In this document: positions 23,771 to 34,811 of the stretch, piece after piece
Layout of the letters: every line of letters begins with the position of its first letter
Position numbering within the stretch: position 1 is the stretch's first letter
Source of the DNA: Camelus dromedarius
Taxonomy: Eukaryota
Reading direction: 5' to 3'
Assembly: GCF_036321535.1 (NCBI RefSeq)
Contig: NC_087448.1
Span: 24,800,001 to 24,864,000 of the forward strand
DNA: 64,000 bases
The notes under the pieces: model-generated
Told to the model about the DNA's origin: nothing
What the model saw: the letters and a program-made list of their open reading frames with translations, nothing else
Databases searched by the model: none
Made by a program: the position numbers and the translations under genes

Positions 23771-25789
23771 GGCATTTATCTTCCAAATTATATTTGGACT
23801 TCATTCAGTTACTGGAAGACATTGGAAAGTCATAAACAGGGAAACTTGAACTAGCTGGGTATATATTTTGGTCTCCCTAGCTGGGGTGTGGGAAACTGAC
23901 TTTAGGGGCAGAAAGAGTGCAGGGAGACTCCTCAAGTCATCCCTGTCTCTCCCGGTCACACAGCCTTGGATGTTTCTTGGATGTGGCTCCAACACTGCAT
24001 CTTAGCAGCTCACTTTCTCACCTCCTTAAATGACAGCCCCCTGCCTTACCTCTCCTGACTGACTCCAACACAAGCCTCTGCCTTCCTCCTTCTATCTCAA
24101 CAGGACACTCCTCGGCCAGTGCCTGCTGCTGGGGAGCAATCCACACCTCCAGCCAATTTATTCTTATAGGAACACTATCCATAGCCCCATTTTACACCCC
24201 CAAAATACCACCAGGGCTCTGGAAATTTCCAGAATTTTTGTTTACTTCTTACAATTGACATTTTTTTCAGTGAGCCTACAATTTCAAGCTTTTCACAGTT
24301 TAAACCACCCAAGCTCAAAGAGCATGCATATAAATACAATTTTGTTCTAGTATTGCTTTTAAACAAGTTTTAAATGTTCTGTCCTAAATTTCTACAGCAA
24401 GCAATCTCAATGAGTTGCACAAACCCACTAGAAAAGGGAGACGTCAGTTCCTGAAAAGTCTTGGAATTGTGCCTTATCCATAGCTTGAAAAGGCAAGCGG
24501 GAATGTGACAGAAACATTCCAATCGATTTTGCCTAGGTCAAAGAAAACCACGTTTTTATTTTTTCAAGTATCTTCAAACATAATATCCCTTATTTATTTA
24601 CAACAGCAGATATGTGCAGGCTTCTGGTACTGGTGGAATGCAGCTGACCTCGTAGAAACCTTCCTGGCTGTTCAGTTACACTCTGAAGTCCTTAAAATTT
24701 TCCAGAGCAAATTTCCCAAATTTCTGATAACACGAGATACATTATGTACAGCAAAAACACTAGGTTAAAAACAGAGTCAAACTCTTGGAAACAAGATGGT
24801 AGTTTTCAGTCATAAAATCTACTCCAATTATCCCTACTGAATACACGAAAATGGTACAGGTAGGGAGGGGGTGGAGGGGGGGCTTTGAAAACAGGATAAG
24901 GGTTCCTTCCTCATGACTTTCCTTGTGAACAGGGGCCTCAGATCAGCCTGCAGTGCACATCAGAGAGATTCACGTTACCCCAGTGTGATAAATAATGAAA
25001 CACAATGCATAATTGTCAGCAAGTTCTTAGAACCTTCTCAGACCCAAGCTACCATGCAGAATGCATTACCTCAGGCTCCACAGGGTCACAAGGGAGGTAA
25101 CCAAGTGTTGGGATGAGTACATAGACATAATTGTCCTGTCATTATAACAGCCCTCTAGAAAAAACTAGGATTCCATTTTGCTCAGCTGTGTGCCTGTCTC
25201 TGTTAGGAAAGAATAAAATTGTCTTTGCAAACAGCAATCTTGAGCATGTAAATTTAGCTTCTCATCTTGCAGTTCAACCATAGACCTGGCTGCACAATTA
25301 ACTTTGGAAAGAAACACTTTATCTTTTATTCTCACTGACCTGAAAATATTCCTGTAATATGAAAAATGCTTAATGAAATGTAATAGTTACAAAAGAGAGG
25401 TAATGACACCGGAGGCCCAATTACAGCTATATAATTAGCAGGGACCCTGGTGCCCCAGGGTGGAAATGGAACTCCACTTCTTATGAGATGTCACTTCACA
25501 AAACCAAGGGCTCACGTAACTCTAAGGATGTCCCAAATTGTGGAAGGGTGAGTGAAGGCTGTTTTTTGTTACTCTTGACTGTTTGTTTAACTATAAGGGC
25601 AGTCGGGGACTGAACATTTTTAATGTCCTTTCCCAAAGTGCCTAACTTTTTTCAGGAGCAGCTCACAATTCTGCACACAGATCAGTATAAAGCAGGTGAC
25701 CAGCTCAGGAGGTAGAAGATGATGCGTTCTCTTTATTTCCTTCAGCACATTTAATAAAACTTTTAATTATTTTTATTTTCTTATTTATT

Positions 25790-25925
25790 TACTGTTTCTA
25801 CCACCAATGTATAAATTACATAAAGGCAGAAAACAAGTCTGTCTTGTTCCATTTTCTATTTCTCAGCACCTAGCACTTGCCTAAGGAAAAAAAAATTTAC
25901 TAAATATCTGTTGAATGAATGAGTT
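25790..25925 (+). mobile_element. L2 3' end
   Basis: ggcagaaaacaagtctgtcttgttc...cagcacctagcac...taaatatctgttgaatgaatga. Confidence 0.7.
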
Positions 25926-26070
25926 TTGGATTTATTTTTCTCAACTGTGAATTAAGAAAACTACTGCCTTCACAAGATTTTTTTTGATATCAAATGAGAT
26001 TGTACATTTAAAGCATTTTATGAAATAAATGTATAATTAAAATGAGCTGTTGTTACTGTTTACTCTGCAG
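25926..26070 (+). mobile_element. MIR fragment
   Basis: ttttctcaactgtgaatt...cttcacaagatt...caaatgagattgtacatttaaagcattt. Confidence 0.5.
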
Positions 26071-27004
26071 AAAAGCCTTCTAATTCCAGAGAGAATAGCA
26101 TCTCTTCCTCTATAACAAATGGAAAATATTTCTCAATGTTGCTTAAGGTAACAGAGTTGTTGAACATAGGTTTCTGGTAAACTAGCCCTTAAATTTTTTA
26201 AAAACTTAGATAATTTTATTACAGTAGGCAAATAGATGGGAGGAAATTATCTATTTTGTATTTTATGACTTTATTGACGTAATATTTGATTTAATATAGT
26301 GTAATACCACTTATAAGGCAATCATTTATATGAGTTCAGACACAATTCTTCATTAATTGAGGGAGTGAACTTGAACTGTTTATGACAGACTGTCTTTTTG
26401 TCTCACATTTATAGGAAATTGTGTTTGAATTCCTTCTTTGTCAGGAACAAGACGTTAAACTTTAATTCAGTACCACTTTGGTTAGAAAAGACATTTAAAA
26501 TACAAACCAGGATTTTCAAGCCACAGTTGTTAGTGGATGGACTATTTAGAGAATTTCCTAAGAGTCTTGAATAATACGACATGTCATCCAAAAAAATCTT
26601 TGCCGTCCCTTTGGGAATTCCAGCTATTTAGGGTTACATAATACTACTTTAGTACATATGTAGCTGACCGCTAGTCAACTGCAAAAACGGCAGCATTTCA
26701 AGATGTTCTCAGAAACAAACATAAATATCAAAGATAGAAAAATAATATTATTGCTATAACAACCCCAGCCAGATCTGTGCTTATCTCTGTTGAAAGACCC
26801 ATTGCGTAGAAGAAGTTCCAATTTTTATTTTTAGGAGATTATGAGAAAAGCGTCCAAAAGGGACATCCATGGGACATTACTCCCACATTTTTATTCAAAA
26901 TTGGCATTTCACTGCTTAAGAATTTAGTCATTTGGTGCATCCTAAATAATATTTTGAGAAATGCTTGTTAGAATTAGCTGTATTTTGTCATTAACATCGA
27001 GCTC

Positions 27005-27140
27005 AGATCAATTTCCTTTCCATCCAACAGACATGCTGATAAGTACTTACCCTGTGCTGAGCACTGCTGTGGACACAGGGTAGCTCCCACCATAGTGGGG
27101 AAAAAGATACACACTTGATGTTGGACAGCACAGTCTGTGC
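27005..27140 (-). mobile_element. L2 3' fragment
   Basis: catccaacagacatgctgataagtacttaccctgtgctgagcactgctg. Confidence 0.55.
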
Positions 27141-28857
27141 AACGTTAGAAGAAGAACAGAATGCTTTTAGGGGGCCAGGGGAGGAGCACTTCTTCAACAC
27201 CACCCAACTGAGCAGGTCAAGGAGTGATTACTGGTGCAAGTGCACCATCCCTGTGTCCTGCAGGGTGAATTTTTACTGAGCCCTAGATAGTCATCAGTCA
27301 AGAAATCCCATTACTTTCTCTAGCAAAGCCTTTCTTGATTATATTTTAAGAACATTTTTCATATTTAGATCTTTACATTTCCCCTTCTCATATTTTCCCT
27401 AACTGTAATGATTCCAGGCACAATATTTCCAATATACGCAAACCAATAATCTGACTATCCCCTTATCTCTCCTACCTTTCACAAAAGGGTCTGAAAGATC
27501 AGAACATGTTTAGAGAGGAAATTTTTAAGTTTCTTTTGCTCTTTGGATTATTAGTTAGGTTTCTGGAACTTCTAGGACAACTCAGAAGGATCCTGGAGTT
27601 CTGGACAATAACAGAATTACATTTACTAAAGCTCCAGGCAGTTCTCTAGTCATTCCTAACACTGTCTTCTTCCCGTGTTTCTCTCTTTTCTCCTGTTCCA
27701 AGCTTTGATTACTCTGCGTGCACCAAAACTGAAATGGTCCTGGGCATTTCTTAATTTCCTCAAGACATAATTGATTTAAATGAAACTTGAAAAGAGTGTT
27801 TTTAACCTACTGTTCATAATTATCCCTAATGCTTGCCTTTCACAAAAACCAAGGTCAAAATATTCTTGATGCTTGATGCTTTGCACAGCTGTAGTTAACA
27901 GTGAGATGAGACTGAGAAATAGCCAGTGATGTGGGGCTCTGAAATACTGGGTAGTCCAGTGAGGACTCCAGAAGAACCGTAGAAAAAAACAGTATGCAAA
28001 ACTTCTTGTGTCTGTGGACATGACGCAGTTTCAGAGGAGAGATCCACAGCTCTCATCAGATTCTCAGAGAGGTCTAAGACAAAGGAAAGAAGATTAAGAG
28101 TCATTTGATCAGAAGTAATGATACTCACATACTTAAGGGCACTTGATCATTTGTAGAGTGACAATGCTGGTCCTTCTCTTACCAAGTTCTCCTTTCTCTT
28201 TCCATTCTTACTTGTTTCCTCTCTTTGATTTGAGTCTTTCATCTCTTGATAATCATGAGAGCCAGTCCAGAAGCCCAAAATTTTGGAAATCACCAGGCAC
28301 AGAGGTATTATCAAATATGTATGACTTTCAGATATAATGGAGAATGACAGGTAAGAGACTTGAGAATGGGAGGTACTATATTATCCATGCTCTTTTTCAT
28401 CTCCCTTAGTCCCTCAATAATTCAGGATACCTGTGGAGGACCATGACCCTCTCCTTCTAACTTTCATGCTCCCTTCTCTTCCTAAACAACACACTTTGCC
28501 ACCATGGGTATTGTGTTTCAGCTGCAGGCAATGGGCAACCATCTCGCAAATCCACATCCTACACCACACCCTACTTCAAGTGTTCAGAGAAGACAACAAA
28601 GTGAGAAGATGGTGGTATTTTGGAAAGCACAGCTGAACATGAACTTTCCCGTTTACATGGAGCTCTTCCTTCACAACCCTCACCTGGGGATGACTCACTG
28701 TTTAAAACCATTGTAGAACAACTTCAGGTCTGGTTTAATCTCATTCGTATAAAGTACATGTTCTCAGTGTTGACTTCAGTTTGGAAAAACTGGGGAGATT
28801 TTTAAATCATCGATGCCAATATCCCAACATGATGATACTGATTTAATTGGGCCAGAG

Positions 28858-29027
28858 CAATGGTTCTCACACTGGGTCATGCATGGAGGTATTTTTAAAG
28901 AAGCGCACACCTGTTCCCTAACTCCAGACAACTGAATATGAATCTCTGGGAATAAGATCCACACAACTGTAGTTTTCAAAACTTCTTAGATGATTCTGAT
29001 AGACAACAGAGTGGAGATTCACTACTG
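28858..29027 (+). mobile_element. MER5-type hAT-Charlie MITE (partial second copy just upstream)
   Basis: caatggttctcacact...ccagacaactgaatatgaatctctggg...ttagatgattctgat...ttcactactg. Confidence 0.65.
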
Positions 29028-29444
29028 TTCATTCACATTTCACCATTTGTCCAAAATATCAATAGCCTGCTCTATTCAATGAAATGACCTCCATATAGAT
29101 CTTAGCTTTTTCTAGAAACTAAATCTACCTCTCAGAATTTTTTTAAAAAATTTGTCATACCTCTCTCTTAATATAATAAAAACAAAAAGTAGCCTTATTG
29201 TGAATCCATTTATATTCAGCCTAGGTGATTTGTTTTGAGAAACCAACACTCCATGGGTTGTAAGTAAATATTTCTGATCAATATGCCCTGTTTTGAGGCC
29301 TTCAAAATTATCCAAATTCATGGAGGCTGCCAAAATATATAGATTCTTCCATAAAATATTTAATAGAGTATCAGTGAACAGCCACAAAGCCCACATGAAA
29401 GAGTACCTATGGGATAGTTCATCTAGGATTTCTCAGTAGCAAAT

Positions 29445-29610
29445 AAAAATAATGGCTAATGTTTATTAAGCAATTACTATGTGCTTAAGAGTCTCTGAAA
29501 ATTTTATATACTTTATAAAGTTTAATTCTCACAACTGCCTTCTGGGATAGATGGTATTATTTCCAAATTACAGACTGGGGAAAAAAGGTTTAGAGATTTA
29601 AGTGATGCTT
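29445..29610 (-). mobile_element. MIR SINE
   Basis: aataatggctaatgtttattaagcaattactatgtgc...tttaattctcacaac...caaattacagactgggg. Confidence 0.75.
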
Positions 29611-30079
29611 CTGCTTATCAGCTTCATAGAATTTGATACCTAAATAAAATTGCAATAATTACATTATCCTGGTATTGACTTTCAGGATAAAACAAAAATA
29701 ATCAAATTGTGACCTTTATGCCTATACATGCCAAGATTTTACTGTTTGCATTCAAGTGAATATGTTAAAATACCAGTCTGTTAACTCTGTTTCTTGTAGC
29801 ACATTCATTGCCTTCCAAATCTCGAAGTCCATGGCGAGAGCTTTACTTCTCAAAGTATATTATTTTCTTGGCTCTGTCAGTAGGGCTGGTGGAGAACACT
29901 TAAGTTGGAGTTTCAAGGAAACAGACAGTGACTTGAAACTGAGGTCTAAATTCACATTTAAAGAAAAGACTCACGTGTACATGATCCACTCTGCAGTGAC
30001 AGACTTCATTGTTCAATGATTTATCAATATTATGTCATTACAGCTGAATCCATATTGACTGGAAAAAGTTTATTGGCTC

Positions 30080-30558
30080 AAATCACAAAGATACAGCTAT
30101 AGACCCCTCAAAGATGTCTATGTCCTAATCCCTGGTACCAATGACTCTGTCACTTTCCATGGCTAAAGAGACTTTGTAGAGGTAATAAAAGTTAAGGACC
30201 TTGAGACAATAAATCATCCTGAATTATCTGAGTGGGTTCAATCTAATTGCATAAGTCATTAAAAGTAGAAGAAGAGGCAGAAGAAGGGGTCAGAGAAATA
30301 TGGCTTGAAAAAGATTCTACTCATTTTTATTGATTTTGAAGATGGAGGAAAGGGACACAAGCCGATGAACATGAACAACCTCCAGAAGCTGGTAACAGCA
30401 AGAGCCTCCAGAAAGGAACACGGCCCTGCTGACGCCTTGATTTTAGCCCAGAGACAACTGTGTTGGACTTCTGATTTACTGTACAATCATAAATGTGTGC
30501 TGTTTTAAGCCACTAAATTTGTGGCAATTTGTTATGGCAGCAATAAAAACTGACAAAG
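30080..30558 (+). mobile_element. MLT1D-type MaLR solo LTR
   Basis: cccctcaaagatgtctatgtcctaatccctgg...ttttgaagatggagg...gcctccagaaaggaacacggccctgctgacgccttgattttagccc...ttttaagccactaaatttgtggcaatttgttatggcagcaata. Confidence 0.88.
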
Positions 30559-31149
30559 ACACAGTCCTAGTTCTGCCATTATACTGCCTTCAATGGCTGA
30601 AGAAGTCTTTATACCACAATGTCTTCAACTCTAAGTGGAGATAATGTAGTCTTTTTCAGGAATAAGTATATCCTTTTGTTAGTTCTGATGATTTTTATTA
30701 AATATATGCTAGTCTTTATATACATTTAAAACTGTCATTAATAGTAATGTCAGTGTATTGTCTTTTGCTTACATTCGGCCACTACTTGAATTCCATTTTC
30801 ATTGTCATTTCAACAGTCAGTTGAATAAATGTTTACTGAAGGCCTGAGCTTGCAAAGTAGTTTCACTACTTACAGATGGAGGCCCTTTAGCTGTACTTAG
30901 GTATCCTGTAAAATAGTTTTTGGGATCTCAAATAGGAGAAACTTAAGCTGTTTTCTTGAATTTTTTAAAGTTTTGCTGAGTTAGCTAGGTCTGTTGCACG
31001 TTTATTAGTTTCTTCATCTCAAATCTGTATTTATTTAAAATGTACATATGTACCGTGAATAAAATTAACTTATTTTATTACACTGATAAGTTCCAGAAAA
31101 TAATAAAAATGCAACAAGATTTAGAAGTAAGCTTAATCAAATTTATCAT

Positions 31150-31340
31150 GACCACTGTTGAATATTAGTATGACAAATGATATATTAAAATAAGGAGAAG
31201 TATATGGGTCTACAGATAGGGACAGGATTGGTTTTGTGTTAATTGTTGGGTGATGGGTGCATTGGGGCTCATTATAATATTCTATCTGCTTTTGTATAGG
31301 TGTGAAATTCTCCACAATTATGAAGTTTAAAAAATACTGC
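31150..31340 (+). mobile_element. Old L1 3' end
   Basis: ttgggtgatgggtgcattggggctcattataatattctatctgcttttgtataggtgtgaaattctcca. Confidence 0.6.
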
Positions 31341-31424
31341 ACATTAGGAAGGGTGACCATAGATTTTTTACTCAATGCCAATTTAAAGGAAAGTTGGAAG
31401 CAATTTTTTTCTATGAATTGATTC

Positions 31425-31830
31425 TTAAATGTGTCCTCTCCTCTTCATTTCCCCTGTCCCAGCCATTCTAATTCAGACATTCATTACTTGGTCCCTGGAT
31501 CCCTACAATCAAGTCCTACCTAATACCTTTTACTTCGACATCTTCCTAAATCCATCCTTTTTACCATTGTGATGCTATTCTTTTCGCCATTCCAACATCC
31601 ATAGACTATTCAAGGCCATTCTGTATGTAAATTCCTCTGTCCTGTTTTTAAAGTTTTCTTACCAGTTGGCGCAAACTCTTTATTTCACTTCTCTCTAATC
31701 CACCAAATTTTACAAAGTCCAGACTCTTCATTCTTCTAAAGAGGCCATGTTCATTCTTGTTTTACATGAACAGTCCTTCTCTTCTCTATTTAGTCCAGTT
31801 CTACCAGTCTCTTAAGACTGATTCATTCCC
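31425..31830 (+). mobile_element. L2 fragment
   Basis: C/T-rich: cctctcctcttcatttcccctg...cattcattacttggtccctggat...ggccatgttcattcttg. Confidence 0.55.
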
Positions 31831-32849
31831 CTGTATAATTGTTTTATTTTGGGACATTGAAGTAAATCAATTATAAAAGATACCTCTCTATATATATAGA
31901 TGCCTTTCATAATTTTGAAAATACATATGTAATATATCTTAAAATACATTAGATCTTTAAAAATACAAGTTTTACAAGTCTACAGTGTTTACTTAATTGG
32001 ACCAACTTTATAGTGTCAATTACAAAGACATTGGTCATTTGAATATTCAAAATGAAAGTACCTAATAGAATTCTTTGCTTCTTCCAATCTAATTTTTGGC
32101 ATTAAATCTAAACCAAACATGATAAATTCCATCATTTTAAGGCATTACTTAGAAGCAGTGTTTTACCTTTTGGTTGGTTCAAAGTATCTCTAAAGATAAA
32201 CATCCAATTGATAAAGACGATGAAAAACATAGGATGGATATTCTTCTTTGTTTTTCTTATAGTCTGGAATCCAGTGCCCTTCTGAGATGCCTTTGTCTGC
32301 TGAGGACTAAGGCTGCTTAGGGAGTGGTGAGCCAGTGACTCCCTAAGCATTTACTCTGGGGCCATTGTTCCTTGTACCATAAAGCCTTGCTGGGGTTAAC
32401 TCAAAGGAATGCTATCTGCCTGGGGCTCAGACCTCTACAGCACATCCACAAAAATCAGCAGTGCAGCAGGGTGTACAGTATCAATCTACAGAGCAATACA
32501 AGCATCCCTTGATAGGATAAAAAAAAAATCTTAGGTCCAAGGCATCATGAGATTATGGGTAAAATTGGATTTCTACTTTAAAATGCAATCATATTATCTA
32601 ACAGAGGATCTCTGTTCTCATTAAAAAATTTTGCTCTGCCCAGAATATTTCTACTCTAAAAGCATCAATTATTATAGTACTTTAATTTCTATCAGGTTAA
32701 AATTAGCTTTTTGCGGATGAGCTTTACCACTCCTTTTGCTTTTCTTGAAGATTTGGCTACTCAAATAGACAAAGATCTAGCAAAACTTATGAACAATCTT
32801 GGTATCCAGGTGTGAATAGCCTACCTCAAAAATCTCTTTGTATCCCTGG

Positions 32850-33600
32850 AGTGACTTCTACATGCAATTTAATAAGCCCACCTTCTTAGTATGTCTTTTG
32901 TTTGTAAATTCTTCCTTTGGCATCCTTGGCACTACTCTTCTTGTTCTGCTACCTCTTCGACTTCAAAATCCTTTCTCAGTCCACCTACCTGTGTTGATTT
33001 TTAAAGAATATAGTCTTGACACATGCCCAAAAAACACTGTCACTCTGTTCACTTTTAATTAGTCTTCCAAATCTTCCAGCCACCAGCACCCCCATTTTCC
33101 CTCAATCAGCTGTCTCCTAGTTTCATTCCCTGCAGAGTTCTGTCTGGTCACTTCTGAGATACTCAGCCTCAACTTCTTTCTCAAAAAACCAACTCTTTCC
33201 GGCAAGGATGTGGAGAGTCGGGAACCCTCCTCATTCACTGCTAGTGAAAATGCAAAATGGTACATTCTCTATGAAGACAGTTTGGCATGAAAATCAATAG
33301 GTCAGGTCTTGTCAACTTCCTTTCTCAAAACCTATAAACATATTGGCATCTGTTTCCACTTCACTCCCGCATTCCTTCTCTCTACCTGAAAGAGGGGTCT
33401 CTCTTTCTGTCCAAGGTTAGCCTCTCTATCGTAGTTTAGATCCCATCGTCTTTGTCTCCAGTAGCCACACCCCATCACTCATACATATTCATCTATGTAT
33501 GAGTGTGTCCTGAGTCTCTCCCTCTCTCAACTGGTTTCCCCTCTTGGCATAAACATGCTCAACTTTTTTCCCATTTTAAATGAATCTCTTCCTTGACTCC
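32850..33600 (+). mobile_element. Degenerate L2 fragments with an embedded L1 ORF2 piece (about 33190-33290)
   Basis: L1 piece ggcaaggatgtggagagtcgggaaccctc...gcaaaatggtacattctctatgaagacagtttggca; flanks are L2-like (ctgtccaaggttagcctctct...gatcccatc). Confidence 0.55.
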
Positions 33601-33629
33601 ATCACTCTTCCATTGATTGGCAGGCTACA

Positions 33630-34140
33630 AGCATCATTTGGTTGTAGTGGCCAATTTTAATTGCAAGTGAAAGAAAATTCAAATTGAATTGGCATAGACA
33701 AAACGGGGAATTTACTTACGCCCACAACACAAGGAAGTGGTGAACCACCAAAGTGTGAGAAGAGTAAAGATTCAGCCAAGACTCAGGAACAATCAGAGAC
33801 TCAACTGTTGCCAGGATTCTCTCTCTCTCTCTCTGCATCTGGCTTTATTTTCTCTTAATATAGTTGTACTTTTATCACATGTTACGGCATCAGGTCCCTG
33901 AATTTTACTGAATACCTCATCTGTCATCAGGAAGGATATAATCTCTATTCTCTGAATCTCACATTAAATCCCTGGAAAAGGTACCAGTTGATTTAGTTGG
34001 GCCCCAGGAAACTCAACATAGACAAAATCACCTTGGCAAGGGAAATGTCCAGGTAGTAAGGGCCTGCCCCTAGGTCAGGGAAGAGATCATATGCTATCGT
34101 GGCAGCCTTGTGTTAGCCATTTGAAAGGTGGTGATTCTGA
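33630..34140 (-). mobile_element. Old MaLR LTR (MLT1J/K/L-like)
   Basis: ttgcaagtgaaagaaaattcaaattgaattggc...ggaatttactt matches the reverse-strand MLT1J/K 3' end. Confidence 0.5.
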
Positions 34141-34772
34141 GAAGGATCTAGCAGACAGTATCACAGTATCCACCAGAGGAACCTGCACTGAAATATGGCC
34201 TTCCTTTCCCCTGAACTGAAACACTTCGATAAAACAATATTACCTTTATGTAACTAGTTACAATGGAAAATTTTTTTTCCTTTAACATATAGCAATTATC
34301 ATTTATCACTGTTGACTGTCCCTCCCCCTTCCTGAAAGTCACTCCTCCCTGGTTCATGTGATACTATCAGGTGCCAGGAAACACATCTCTGGCAATTCCT
34401 CCACTCTGCGTGTTATAGACTTCCTTTCCTCTGCTCCTTCCTCTTTCCCCAGTACTCCCCGTGATATACAAGCCCTCTGGCTTATTGTAATCACTTTGTA
34501 TGATTTACTCTGGTTGGATACTTACTTCCCTGAATTTATCATTATCACTGTTAGTAGAGTGAATATTATAGAAACTAGGTCCAACTCTGTGTACTCTGAA
34601 AGTAGTTCCCTATAGTTTTCAATGAAATATTCAAATTTCTGAGTTCAGTACATGTCACGGTCTGGACCCCACTCACTTTCTCTTTCTCTCTTCTACTCCT
34701 GCCCTTTCTATAGCCACTGACTGTAGTTTTCACAGCTCTCTCTTCCCTGGAAACAGAACCTCTCTGCTTCTG

Positions 34773-34773
<1 letters not shown>

Positions 34774-34808
<35 letters not shown>
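34774..34808. repeat. Poly(T)35
   Basis: Direct count. Confidence 0.97.
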
Positions 34809-34811
<3 letters not shown>

